A stretch of DNA of 35,047 nucleotides from Armatimonadota bacterium (GCA_039680575.1 JBDKSP010000122.1:1-35047); one strand, 5' to 3'. Positions 8,910 through 17,739 are shown, counted from the first letter of the stretch. Notes: generated from the sequence alone by a model not told the origin. Translations and numbers: made by a program.

Positions 8910-10364
8910 ATGAAAGTACGTGTAAGATTCGCACCGAGCCCTACAGGCTCGCCACATATCGGCAACATCAGGACCGCCGTCTTCGATTGGCTCTTTGCCC
9001 GTCATGAAGGCGGTACTTTTGTACTGAGAATAGAAGACACAGACCGGACGAGGCTCGTGCCAGGAGCGCTTGAGGAGATTATGCGCGACCTCAAGTGGGC
9101 AGGACTGCAGTGGGACGAAGGACCGGATATCGGAGGTCCTTACGGGCCGTATACGCAGTCCGAACGGCTGGAGAATTACCAGAAATACGCGCAACAGCTC
9201 ATCGATCAGGGTCTTGTCTACAAATGCTACTGCACATCCGAACGGCTGGGCGAAATGCGCAAGCAGCAGGAAGCCGAAAAACGGCCTACGGGCTATGACC
9301 GCCGCTGCCGCAACCTGAGCGCGGAAGAACGGGCAAAACTCGACGCCGAAGGGATGCCTTTCGTCGTCCGGTTCGCTATGCCGGAGTCCGGCACTACGAC
9401 ATTCAAAGACCTGGTCCGGGGAGAAGTGTCGTTCGACAACTCGCTTCAGGATGATTTTGTGATGCTGAAGTCCGACGGTTTCCCGACCTACCACTTTGCG
9501 AGCGTCGTGGACGACCATTTGATGCAAATTACGCATGTGTTGAGGGGCGAGGAGTGGATATCCAGCGCGCCCAAGCATGTGCAGCTCTATAAAGCGCTCG
9601 GTTGGGAACAGCCGGTGTGGGTGCATCCGCCGCTTATCCTCGGATCGGACAGAAGCAAGCTCAGTAAACGGCACGGCTCGGTAAACTTCTCCACTTATAT
9701 CGAAGAAGGCTACCTGCCGGAAGCCATGATCAACTATCTGGCGCTTCTGGGGTGGTCCCCTGCCGAAGACAGGGACTTATACGACATCGGCGAGCTGGTC
9801 GAGAAGTTCACGCTGGAAGGGATTATCAACCATCCGGCGATTTTTGACGCTCAGAAGCTCCTCTGGATGAACGGACAGTACATCCGGAAGAAGAGTGTGA
9901 AAGAACTTACCGACCTTGTGCTGCCTTATCTCAAAAAAGCCGGGCTTGCGCCCGAATCTTTGAGCGATGCCGAGATGGACTACATGAGTAAGGTGGTTTC
10001 CCTTATACAGGACAGGCTGCGGGTGCTTTCGGAAGCCCCGGAGCTTGCGGAGTTTTTCTTGGTTGATGAGCTCAACTACGAGCCTAAAGCGCTCGACAAG
10101 TGGATCAAGAAGCCTGAGACTCCGGCGATTTTGGAGAAAGTCGCCGACAAGGTGGAAACTCTCGACGACTGGAGCATCGAAAATATCGAGACAGCCGTGC
10201 GCGAAGCCGGAGTAGAAGCCGGAGCCGAAGGCGGCAAGGTGATACACCCCGTAAGGGCTGCTTCAACCGGACGTACGGTAGGACCGGGACTCTTTGAAAC
10301 ACTGGAATTACTCGGAAAGGACCGCGTCGTCACTCGCCTCAAAAAAGCGGCGAAGATGAGCTAG
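8910..10364 (+). CDS. gltX: Glutamate--tRNA ligase
   Basis: RVRFAPSPTG, PHIGN (HIGH), LRIEDTD, CYC zinc region, KLSKRHG (KMSKS). Confidence 0.97.
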   Translation: MKVRVRFAPSPTGSPHIGNIRTAVFDWLFARHEGGTFVLRIEDTDRTRLVPGALEEIMRDLKWAGLQWDEGPDIGGPYGPYTQSERLENYQKYAQQLIDQGLVYKCYCTSERLGEMRKQQEAEKRPTGYDRRCRNLSAEERAKLDAEGMPFVVRFAMPESGTTTFKDLVRGEVSFDNSLQDDFVMLKSDGFPTYHFASVVDDHLMQITHVLRGEEWISSAPKHVQLYKALGWEQPVWVHPPLILGSDRSKLSKRHGSVNFSTYIEEGYLPEAMINYLALLGWSPAEDRDLYDIGELVEKFTLEGIINHPAIFDAQKLLWMNGQYIRKKSVKELTDLVLPYLKKAGLAPESLSDAEMDYMSKVVSLIQDRLRVLSEAPELAEFFLVDELNYEPKALDKWIKKPETPAILEKVADKVETLDDWSIENIETAVREAGVEAGAEGGKVIHPVRAASTGRTVGPGLFETLELLGKDRVVTRLKKAAKMS

Positions 10365-10374
10365 AGGGACTGAA

Positions 10375-11094
10375 TTGGAGATAATAGACGCCAATACCAT
10401 GTTCGGACCGTGTCCGAGGGTTACAGCAGACCTGTCCCTCGGACGGCTGATGACGCAGATCAAGAGTCATGGCATATCCAAGAGCCTTACGCTCTCGACT
10501 GTCGGCATCTTTCACAGCCATAACGACGGCAACGCCGAGACCCTGCGCGAATGCCAGAACAAAGCGGAGATTTTTCCGGTCGCGACACTCGACCCGAGAG
10601 GTTATTTTGCCGGTTTCAAGCTGATACCGAACCTGATCTCTCAAGGGTTCAAGCTGTTCAGGTTCTTTCCGGGAGAACAGGGCTGGCCGCTCGATCACAA
10701 TGTCCTGGTGGACATACTCGACGAGCTCGAGGAGACATCCGTACCCGTTATGATAAATGCCGGACGCACGGGAGACGCGACAGCACTGGCACACATCATC
10801 GGCGGCAGGGAGCATGTACTTATACTAGAAGGAATAGTCTTCGAGACGATGGCCGAAGCGGTTTCCGTTATGAAAAAACACAGTAACATCTATGCGGAGA
10901 CCCATTCCCTCACAACTCCCGGAGGGCTGCGGTTCCTGGCGGAGCAGGTCGGAGCGGACAGGATCGTATTCGGTTCCGACTGCCCCAGAAGCTCCCTCGC
11001 AGGAGCCCTAAACTATGTCCGAGAGTCGGGTCTGTCTGATGAAGACATCGCCAAGATCCTCGGCGGAAATATCAAACGGTTGCTGGGAGGCTAG
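10375..11094 (+). CDS. Amidohydrolase-fold protein with degenerate metal site
   Basis: IID at the N-terminus, VGADRIVFGSDCP, KILGGNIKRLL end; HxH replaced by DANT; TTG start. Confidence 0.85.
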   Translation: MEIIDANTMFGPCPRVTADLSLGRLMTQIKSHGISKSLTLSTVGIFHSHNDGNAETLRECQNKAEIFPVATLDPRGYFAGFKLIPNLISQGFKLFRFFPGEQGWPLDHNVLVDILDELEETSVPVMINAGRTGDATALAHIIGGREHVLILEGIVFETMAEAVSVMKKHSNIYAETHSLTTPGGLRFLAEQVGADRIVFGSDCPRSSLAGALNYVRESGLSDEDIAKILGGNIKRLLGG

Positions 11095-11096
11095 AG

Positions 11097-11840
11097 TTGG
11101 CAATTATAGACGTACGCGTGCAGATAGGGACTACTCCCACGTGGGGAACGCCGTTCACGGAAGGCCACCTCGCAAGGATGATGGAAAAGTACGGGATAGA
11201 GCGCACTGTAGTCTCATCTACCATCGCAAACTCCTGCGACTTTATCCGGGGGAACGCGTTTATTAACGACATCGCAGGCAAAGGACCGATTTTCGGGTGT
11301 GCGGTAGTAAATACCCAATACCGAGCCGAGTCCATAGATAATATGCGGAAATATCTGTCGCTTCCATCGTTCGTCGCGCTTTCGATAACATCCGGGACCC
11401 CCGGAAGGCATGTGACGCTGGATGAATGCGATGATATCCTGAACTCCCATCGCCGGTTTGCAAAACCGGTCATGCTGGACGTTTCCAGCAAAGAGGGAGT
11501 GCTCGCCGCAAACGAGATCGCCAAAGCTTTTCCAGGGATCAAGTTCATACTCATGTCTATGGGAGGAGCAGCATGGCGGACCGCTATCGCTATGGCGGAT
11601 AACACTCTGAACCTGGTGCTCGAAATTTCCGGCAGCCCAAGCCCGGAGAAGGTCCGGCTCGGCGTCGAAACAGTCGGCGCGCACCGGATGGTTTACGGCA
11701 GTAACCTGCCGTTTGCCGATCCCGCGTTTACCATCGGGCTCCTTGCCGACGGCGGTATCTCTGATTTGGACAGGAAGATGATTCTCGAAGGCACTGCCAA
11801 ACGCCTTTTCGGCTGGGCACGGCAGCAGCCGACGACGTAA
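11097..11840 (+). CDS. Amidohydrolase-fold protein with degenerate metal site
   Basis: IID at the N-terminus, MEKYGIERTVVSS, VGAHRMVYGSNLP, ILEGTAKRLF; GGAGG SD then TTG, 2 nt after the upstream stop. Confidence 0.85.
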   Translation: MAIIDVRVQIGTTPTWGTPFTEGHLARMMEKYGIERTVVSSTIANSCDFIRGNAFINDIAGKGPIFGCAVVNTQYRAESIDNMRKYLSLPSFVALSITSGTPGRHVTLDECDDILNSHRRFAKPVMLDVSSKEGVLAANEIAKAFPGIKFILMSMGGAAWRTAIAMADNTLNLVLEISGSPSPEKVRLGVETVGAHRMVYGSNLPFADPAFTIGLLADGGISDLDRKMILEGTAKRLFGWARQQPTT

Positions 11841-11844
11841 AAAA

Positions 11845-11910
11845 GAGGATTTAGGATATAAGGATCTAGAATTCAGGGAAATGCGGAGTGCTGAATGGTG
11901 AATGCGGAAT
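11845..11910 (+). repeat. Short degenerate heptamer tandem repeats
   Basis: AGGATTT-AGGATAT-AAGGATC-TAGAATT and ATGCGGA-GTGCTGA-ATGGTGA-ATGCGGA; complementary runs near 12094-12125 (TAAATCC-TGTATCC-TTTATTC). Confidence 0.55.
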
Positions 11911-11948
11911 ACCGCTATATATCACCATGAACTAAGGAGTTTCAGGTA

Positions 11949-11981
11949 TTCCTGGATGCTGAGTCAAGCTCAGCATGACGT
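11949..11981 (-). repeat. Palindrome family C
   Basis: TTCCTGGATGCTGAGTCAAGCTCAGCATGACGT is the exact 33-nt reverse complement of 29830-29862. Confidence 0.9.
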
Positions 11982-12082
11982 ATGCTTCGGGACCGCAGTT
12001 CGTCCTACCCCGTGGATCTATTGGGCCACAGGAGTAGTAACTGTGGACCCACTGGACCACGGGGAGAAGCACGATATCCGCC
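11981..12082 (-). repeat. REP-like family A, copy 4, interrupted by a doubled inner palindrome (12006-12065)
   Basis: TATGCTTCGGGACCGCAGTTCGTCC-[TACCCCGTGG...CCACGGGGA, 60 nt]-GAAGCACGA. Confidence 0.85.
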
Positions 12083-12154
12083 AATCCCGCCACTAAATCC
12101 TGTATCCTTTATTCATATATTCATAAATACCAGTAATTATTGGAGGAAATATCA

Positions 12155-12478
12155 ATGAGCGCAGCGCAGGAAGTTACCGAAGCGACATTCGAGGAGCAGA
12201 TACTAAAATCGGATTTGCCTGTTATAGTCGATTTCTGGGCGGAGTGGTGCGGACCGTGCAAGGCACTTGGACCGACCGTGGACGCAGTCGCGGCCGAGCT
12301 TGCAGGCAAGGTCAAGGTCTTCAAAATGGATGTTCAAACCAACCAGCAGACCCCAGGCAAATACGGAGTATCAAGCATCCCGACACTGATCCTTTTCAAA
12401 GGCGGAAAGGCCGTTGAGCGGACAGTAGGACTGCAGTCGAAAGAAACTCTGCTCTCCAAGTTCGAACCGCACTTCTAA
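12155..12478 (+). CDS. trxA: Thioredoxin
   Basis: VDFWAEWCGPC, SIPTLILFKGG; GGAGG SD before ATG 12155. Confidence 0.96.
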   Translation: MSAAQEVTEATFEEQILKSDLPVIVDFWAEWCGPCKALGPTVDAVAAELAGKVKVFKMDVQTNQQTPGKYGVSSIPTLILFKGGKAVERTVGLQSKETLLSKFEPHF

Positions 12479-12539
12479 AACACTGAGGACAGGGGCTGGT
12501 AGATAGGGGTTAGTATTTCTGTAATTCCCACTACTTTGC

Positions 12540-12580
12540 CCCTTCTCCCACAAGGGGAGAAGGTTGGGATGAGGGGTATG
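12540..12580 (-). repeat. Palindrome family D
   Basis: Reverse complement CATACCCCTCATCCCAACCTTCTCCCCTTGTGGGAGAAGGG matches 31062-31102 except in the loop. Confidence 0.88.
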
Positions 12581-12736
12581 ATGATGCATTTATTCCGTAC
12601 TCCACATTCTATACCATCCCCTACCCACCTCTTGATACACTGCTGTTTTCTCCATATGAACAGCGGGTAATTTAGGAATAGGCTAAGAAGCAGAGAGACG
12701 GCCAACTCTCGTTGTACTGTATCAGGAGGTATTGAG

Positions 12737-13543
12737 ATGAAGGAAGATCTTCCTATCAGGAAATTAGGGATCGGACTTGCTATAGCGCTTGTGCTCGGTA
12801 TGCTTATCATCCCTGCTGCAGCCCAGCAAACCGATCAAAACCTTGATCTACTGCCGTTCCCCAGGCAGAGCGCAACCATCACTTTGACGAATACCGGACT
12901 GGATATCACGCCTGCGCAGCTTAATCCCGGCCCAGTCACATTTACCGTAGTCAATAATTCGGATACAGCGCGCGGCGTGTATATAACGGGGCAGGACAGG
13001 ATCGGAGACCCACTGCTCCGTTATTCGATGAGAATAATGCCCGGAGCCAGCACGACAATGGAGTTCTGGATGTATCAGGGCAACAACTATACTTTCCATG
13101 ACTTCACAGCGAAAAAGGTCGTGAATGACGAATCAGTCTTCACGAGCAAATTCTCCACCCAGATGAGCATCTCTACGCCGTTTCCAATCGGCCGGGGGCC
13201 GCGGTATGGACCGCAGACAGGAACGATTACCATTACTAACACAGGAATAGAAGTAAGCCCCCGGACCACCAATCTGGGACCTATCAGGTTTAGCATTGTT
13301 AACCGGACAAATCAGATGAGAGGTGTCGTTATCACTGGGGAAGACAGAAGCGGTACCCCGATTATCCGCTATACAAGACTGCTGAGACCGGGAATGAGCG
13401 CACATATGAGCTTCTGGCTCTATGAGGGTAAAAATTACACTATCAGGGACTTCACGAGAAGGTATGTAGCAGGCAGACAGATGAAGTTTGAAAGCAAATA
13501 CAGAACGACACTTTCCGTTCGCCCTGGATCTCCGTCCCTTTAG
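12737..13543 (+). CDS. Secreted protein with two tandem cupredoxin-like beta domains
   Basis: Signal peptide (..LIIPAAA/QQ); internal duplication TITLTNTGLDITP..GPVTFTVVN..RGVYITGQDR..FWMYQG.NYT vs TITITNTGIEVSP..GPIRFSIVN..RGVVITGEDR..FWLYEG.NYT; GGAGGT SD. Confidence 0.8.
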   Translation: MKEDLPIRKLGIGLAIALVLGMLIIPAAAQQTDQNLDLLPFPRQSATITLTNTGLDITPAQLNPGPVTFTVVNNSDTARGVYITGQDRIGDPLLRYSMRIMPGASTTMEFWMYQGNNYTFHDFTAKKVVNDESVFTSKFSTQMSISTPFPIGRGPRYGPQTGTITITNTGIEVSPRTTNLGPIRFSIVNRTNQMRGVVITGEDRSGTPIIRYTRLLRPGMSAHMSFWLYEGKNYTIRDFTRRYVAGRQMKFESKYRTTLSVRPGSPSL

Positions 13544-13580
13544 GCGGGCTGTCTGCTTAATAAGCGCCGAATAACCCTTA

Positions 13581-13623
13581 ATTCAGAAGGTCCCCTCAGC
13601 GTAAGCAGGGGGACCTTCTGAAT
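13581..13623. terminator. Strong hairpin between convergent genes (probable bidirectional terminator)
   Basis: 15-bp perfect stem ATTCAGAAGGTCCCC / GGGGACCTTCTGAAT. Confidence 0.65.
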
Positions 13624-13640
13624 GAGACGAAATATGTATC

Positions 13641-14612
13641 TTAACGGGTTGATCTCTGCCAAACCGCTAGGGCTGCTCTGTGTATAAACGGCGACAGTCT
13701 AAATAAGCATAGACTGATCCTTATGCGTTGGCCGAAAGCCGGATTGTTCAAGAATCGCGGGTAATTACGGCAGAACTCTTTTCTTAATCTTGATGCGCAC
13801 TCTTGCAGCTCAGGATTCGCTTTGGCCATATAATAAAATTCCATTAACAAAGACGCATAAGAGCACTCCGTCAAGTCCGCTAACTCTGCCAGTCCATTGG
13901 ACTTATAAAACTCGATCCGTTCCTTGAAAGCCTGCAGAGCATCCAGTCTCTTTTCAGAAAACAGAGCTTGCATAATGCTGCCTGGCGTCTGCCTGTAGTA
14001 ATACATCTCCCTCTCGATATTCGCGATCCTCTGCGCGCGGTATATCAAGCGATGTGTCACAAATTCATCTTCATGGATGAGACCGGGAGGGAATTCTATA
14101 TCGTCGAATAAATGACGGCGGTACAGTTTGTTTACACAAACAGCAGCTTGTCCGCATCTGGGAGTAAAATAGTTATGCAAAACCTCGATATTCGTGCTGC
14201 AGCTAGTCTTGCCGGCACTTCCTGGCTTGATATCCTCTTCGCGGTCAAAGCATAAGTACTGGCACACAGCTATATTCGCTTCATTCTCCTCCATAGCTGC
14301 ATAAAGCACAGCATACATCTCTTTATCTATAATGTCATCACTGTCTACGAAACCGATATAATCACCTGCAGCGTGCCTTAGGCCTGTATTTCTCGCAGCC
14401 GACAGCCCGCAATTCTCCTGATGTACGACCTTAATTCTAGTGTCTGCCAGAGAATATTCGTCGCATATTTGCCCGCAATTGTCAGGCGAACCATCATCTA
14501 CGAGTATAATCTCAAGATTAGCATATGTCTGCGCCAATACAGAATCGACGCATCGCTTTAAATAGGGTTCAACATTGTAGACTGGAATAATAACTGAGAT
14601 TAATGGAGCCAT
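13641..14612 (-). CDS. Glycosyltransferase family 2
   Basis: ISVIIPVYNVE, ILVDDGSPD, GLSAARN, FVDSDD, HEDEF; start at Met39 of the ORF track gives the usual N-terminus; more AT-rich than neighbours. Confidence 0.93.
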   Translation of the reverse strand: MAPLISVIIPVYNVEPYLKRCVDSVLAQTYANLEIILVDDGSPDNCGQICDEYSLADTRIKVVHQENCGLSAARNTGLRHAAGDYIGFVDSDDIIDKEMYAVLYAAMEENEANIAVCQYLCFDREEDIKPGSAGKTSCSTNIEVLHNYFTPRCGQAAVCVNKLYRRHLFDDIEFPPGLIHEDEFVTHRLIYRAQRIANIEREMYYYRQTPGSIMQALFSEKRLDALQAFKERIEFYKSNGLAELADLTECSYASLLMEFYYMAKANPELQECASRLRKEFCRNYPRFLNNPAFGQRIRISLCLFRLSPFIHRAALAVWQRSTR

Positions 14613-14837
14613 ATTAGACCATCTTGAATCTTTGCTGCGGTTTTCGGGTGCGACCATAGTTCCCGAGCACAGCAGGTGACTGTAAGTCTGATTCAAGCTG
14701 CCGGGCTCAGATAGTAATTTTACCATATCGCCCGTTCGATTGCTATGCGGGCTCGATGCACATTGATAAGCTCATCGAACAGTTTAGGACATAATTTGCG
14801 GGCGCAAAATTCCCCATGGTAATGTTTCCCAACCCTA

Positions 14838-14866
14838 TTGACGCGGTATATCTTGTGTGGTATCTT
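14838..14866 (+). promoter_or_regulatory. sigma70 promoter of nrdR-nrdJ
   Basis: TTGACG (14838-14843), 17 nt spacer, TG-n-TATCTT (14861-14866). Confidence 0.65.
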
Positions 14867-14890
14867 GAAACGCACCACAATATATAGTAT
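14843..14890. promoter_or_regulatory. Tandem NrdR boxes
   Basis: gcgGtAtATcTtGtgt (14843-14858) and ccaCaAtATaTaGtat (14875-14890) vs consensus acaCwAtATaTwGtgt; centres 32 nt apart; directly upstream of nrdR-nrdJ. Confidence 0.85.
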
Positions 14891-14912
14891 CAGGAAGGTT
14901 AGGCTGAAACAG

Positions 14913-15386
14913 GTGAAATGCCCCTACTGCGGATACCAGGAAGACAAAGTACTCGACTCCAGAAGCGTCCGCGACGGCGAAGAAGTTAAACGCAGGCGCG
15001 AATGCCTCGAGTGCGGCCGCAGGTTCACTACCTACGAGCACATAGAGGAAATGCAGGTCATGGTCATCAAAAAGGACCAGCGGCGCGAATCGTTCGACAG
15101 GAACAAGGTCCTGCGCGGTATGCGCTCCGCCTGTGAGAAGAGGCCGGTCAGCGTCGAGACGCTGGAGTCAGCGGTAGATGAGATAGAGCGAGCTATCTAC
15201 GACAGCGGCCGGAAGGAAATCAGCTCCGCCGAGGTCGGGGATATGGTCATCGAGTCGCTGAGAGCGCTCGATCAGGTGGCATATGTCCGGTTTGCATCGG
15301 TCTACTGGCAGTTTGAAAATGTTGCCCAGTTCAAAGAGATCGTAGATGTGCTTGGGGGCCGCAAGCGGCGGCGGGCAACCGTATAA
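14913..15386 (+). CDS. nrdR: Transcriptional repressor NrdR
   Basis: MKCPYC..KVLDSR..RRREC..CGRRFTTYE zinc ribbon, ATP cone, AYVRFASVY; GTG start at 14913. Confidence 0.97.
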   Translation: MKCPYCGYQEDKVLDSRSVRDGEEVKRRRECLECGRRFTTYEHIEEMQVMVIKKDQRRESFDRNKVLRGMRSACEKRPVSVETLESAVDEIERAIYDSGRKEISSAEVGDMVIESLRALDQVAYVRFASVYWQFENVAQFKEIVDVLGGRKRRRATV

Positions 15387-15483
15387 AGCGTCAACAGCCG
15401 CATTTTGGGATTATGGAGTCCCAAAAACCAACAAATATTATTTGTAAATTCTGCACTTATAACCCAAAAAAAGGTCATGGAGG

Positions 15484-17721
15484 ATGGGAATGCTCACACA
15501 AAACGCGCTGACCGTGCTTGAGAAGCGGTATCTTAGAAAAAACGAAGATGGTAAGACGGTAGAGACGCCGGACGGGATGTTCCAGAGGGTCGCTGGAGCT
15601 ATGGCCGAGGTCGAAGAGAACTACGGCAAGTCTAAAACCGAGATAGAGGCCATCAAATCCGAGTTCTTCGAGATGATCTCGAACCTTGAGTTCCTGCCGA
15701 ACAGCCCGACGCTTATGAACGCCGGCCGCGAGCTGGGACAGCTTTCCGCCTGCTTCGTTTTGCCCATCGGCGACTCCATGGACAGCATCTTCGAGACGAT
15801 CAAACACACAGCGCTTATCCACAAGAGCGGCGGCGGCACGGGGTTTGCCTTCTCACGGCTGCGCCCGGCAAACGATGTCGTTCAATCGACGAACGGTGTA
15901 TCGAGCGGACCCATCACGTTCATGGACGTGTTCAATTCGGCCACGGAAGCGATCAAGCAGGGAGGAACAAGGCGCGGCGCGAACATGGGCTGCCTCAGGG
16001 TAGACCATCCCGATATCCTAGAGTTCATCACCTGCAAGAAGGACAACGACAGGCTGACCAATTTTAACATCTCTGTACTTCTGACCGAGAAGTTCATGCA
16101 GGCAGTTGAGCAGGACAAGGACTACGATCTCCTGAACCCGAGGACCGGGAAGGTCGTAAAGAGCCTGTCGGCAAAGAAAGTCTTCGATCTGATCATCAAC
16201 ATGGCGTGGTCGAACGGCGAGCCGGGGATTATTTTCATCGACCGGATCAACCGCGACAACCCGACGCCGCACATCGGAGAGATCGAGTCGACGAACCCCT
16301 GCGGCGAGCAGCCGCTCCTGCCTTACGAGTCGTGCAACCTCGGTTCCATCAACCTCGCCAGGATGGTGACTGTGGACGACGGGCATCTGGCAGTCAATTA
16401 CGAACGGCTGCGTGCAGTAGTCCGAAACGCCGTCCGGTTTTTGGATAACGTAATCGACGCGAACAAATACCCGATCAAAAAGATCGCGCAGATGACCAGA
16501 TCCAACCGAAAGATCGGGCTCGGCGTGATGGGTTTTGCAGACCTCTTGATCCAACTCGGCATCCCGTACGACAGTGAAGAGGGAATCCACACAGCAGAGC
16601 AGGTGATGAGCTTCATCTCCGAAGAAGCGAGAAGGATGTCCACCGAACTTGCCGAAGAGCGCGGAGTATTCCCGAACTTCGAGGGGAGCATCTTCGACAG
16701 CAGAGATGCGCTGAAGGTCAGAAACGCGACTGTCACGACTATCGCGCCGACTGGGACGCTTTCGATCATCGCAAGCTGCTCAAGCGGAGTCGAGCCGCTC
16801 TTTGCCATAAGCTATGTACGCCGCGTGATGGACGGGGCGGAGCTTGTGGAAGTGAACCCCCACTTCGAGAAGATCGCAAGAGAGAGGGAGTTCTACAGCG
16901 AGCAGTTGATGAGAGAGATCGCGGAGCGCGGAAGCGTACGTGGTATTGACAGTGTTCCGCTCGACGTCCAACGGATATTCGGCACGGCGCTCGACATCGC
17001 TCCGGTATGGCATATCAGGATGCAGGCGGCGTTCCAGCGGTTCACCGACAACGCGGTATCGAAGACGGTGAATTTCCCGGAAAACGCGACCCCGGATGAC
17101 GTCCGCGAGGTCTACACTCTGGCATACAAAGAGGGCTGCAAGGGCTGCACCATCTACCGCTACGGCAGCCGTGAGGCGCAGGTGCTGTCCTTCGCCGGGT
17201 CGAGCCCGAAGACGGCTGAGCCTACCGAGAAAGAAGTCAACCGCGGGCCAAGACCCAGGCCGATGAGGACCTACGGCTCGACCGAGCGCATCAACACCGG
17301 CTGCGGCAACCTGTATGTCACGATAAACGAGGACGAATACGGGCTGTTCGAGGTATTCACCGCGATGGGCAAGGCCGGAGGCTGCGCGGGGAGCCAGTTG
17401 GAGGCCATAGGCAGGCTGATTTCAATCGGACTCAGGTCCGGAGTCTCTCCGAGGTCGATTATCAAGCACCTGAGAGGAATCCGCTGCCCTTCGCCCGCGT
17501 GGGGACCGGGAGGATCGGTCTTATCCTGCGCCGATGCCATCGGGATCGCGCTGGAGCGCTATCTGGACGCGAAAGAGACCGGCGAGATCAGCGAAGGGAT
17601 CAGCAAGACGACCGATAAGCTGGACAACCTGATGGGCGCCTGCCCGGACTGCGGCGGCACGATAGAGCACGAAAGCGGCTGCGTAGTCTGCCGCCTGTGC
17701 GGCTTCAGCCGATGCGGCTAG
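15484..17721 (+). CDS. nrdJ: Class II adenosylcobalamin-dependent ribonucleotide reductase with C-terminal TSCPD and Zn-ribbon domains
   Basis: PNSPTLMNAG, QLSACF, TNPCGEQPL, TIAPTGT, SKTVN, SCADAI, terminal CPDCG..C..CGFSRC; no beta-subunit gene nearby. Confidence 0.94.
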   Translation: MGMLTQNALTVLEKRYLRKNEDGKTVETPDGMFQRVAGAMAEVEENYGKSKTEIEAIKSEFFEMISNLEFLPNSPTLMNAGRELGQLSACFVLPIGDSMDSIFETIKHTALIHKSGGGTGFAFSRLRPANDVVQSTNGVSSGPITFMDVFNSATEAIKQGGTRRGANMGCLRVDHPDILEFITCKKDNDRLTNFNISVLLTEKFMQAVEQDKDYDLLNPRTGKVVKSLSAKKVFDLIINMAWSNGEPGIIFIDRINRDNPTPHIGEIESTNPCGEQPLLPYESCNLGSINLARMVTVDDGHLAVNYERLRAVVRNAVRFLDNVIDANKYPIKKIAQMTRSNRKIGLGVMGFADLLIQLGIPYDSEEGIHTAEQVMSFISEEARRMSTELAEERGVFPNFEGSIFDSRDALKVRNATVTTIAPTGTLSIIASCSSGVEPLFAISYVRRVMDGAELVEVNPHFEKIAREREFYSEQLMREIAERGSVRGIDSVPLDVQRIFGTALDIAPVWHIRMQAAFQRFTDNAVSKTVNFPENATPDDVREVYTLAYKEGCKGCTIYRYGSREAQVLSFAGSSPKTAEPTEKEVNRGPRPRPMRTYGSTERINTGCGNLYVTINEDEYGLFEVFTAMGKAGGCAGSQLEAIGRLISIGLRSGVSPRSIIKHLRGIRCPSPAWGPGGSVLSCADAIGIALERYLDAKETGEISEGISKTTDKLDNLMGACPDCGGTIEHESGCVVCRLCGFSRCG

Positions 17722-17739
17722 AAGTAATCAGAAACTAAA

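Noticed and set aside
8868..9674. Long antisense ORFs opposite gltX, glyQS (21447-22247), nrdJ and the MalK-type gene
   Set aside because: Expected shadows of GC-rich codon usage; no SD or family motifs
11902..12096. Small ORFs in repeat-filled spacers (also 22880-23071 and 12371-12589)
   Set aside because: Composed of palindromic repeats; no protein family signal
14838..14912. Longer nrdR start in the ORF track
   Set aside because: It overlaps the promoter and NrdR boxes; the family begins MKCPYC at GTG 14913
15387..15483. Cobalamin riboswitch before nrdJ
   Set aside because: Only a small TTTTGGGA/TCCCAAAA hairpin; no B12-box or conserved core, and the region is too short
15484..17721. 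Intein or intron in nrdJ
   Set aside because: Motifs such as TNPCGEQPLLPYESCNLGS are contiguous and the length is normal
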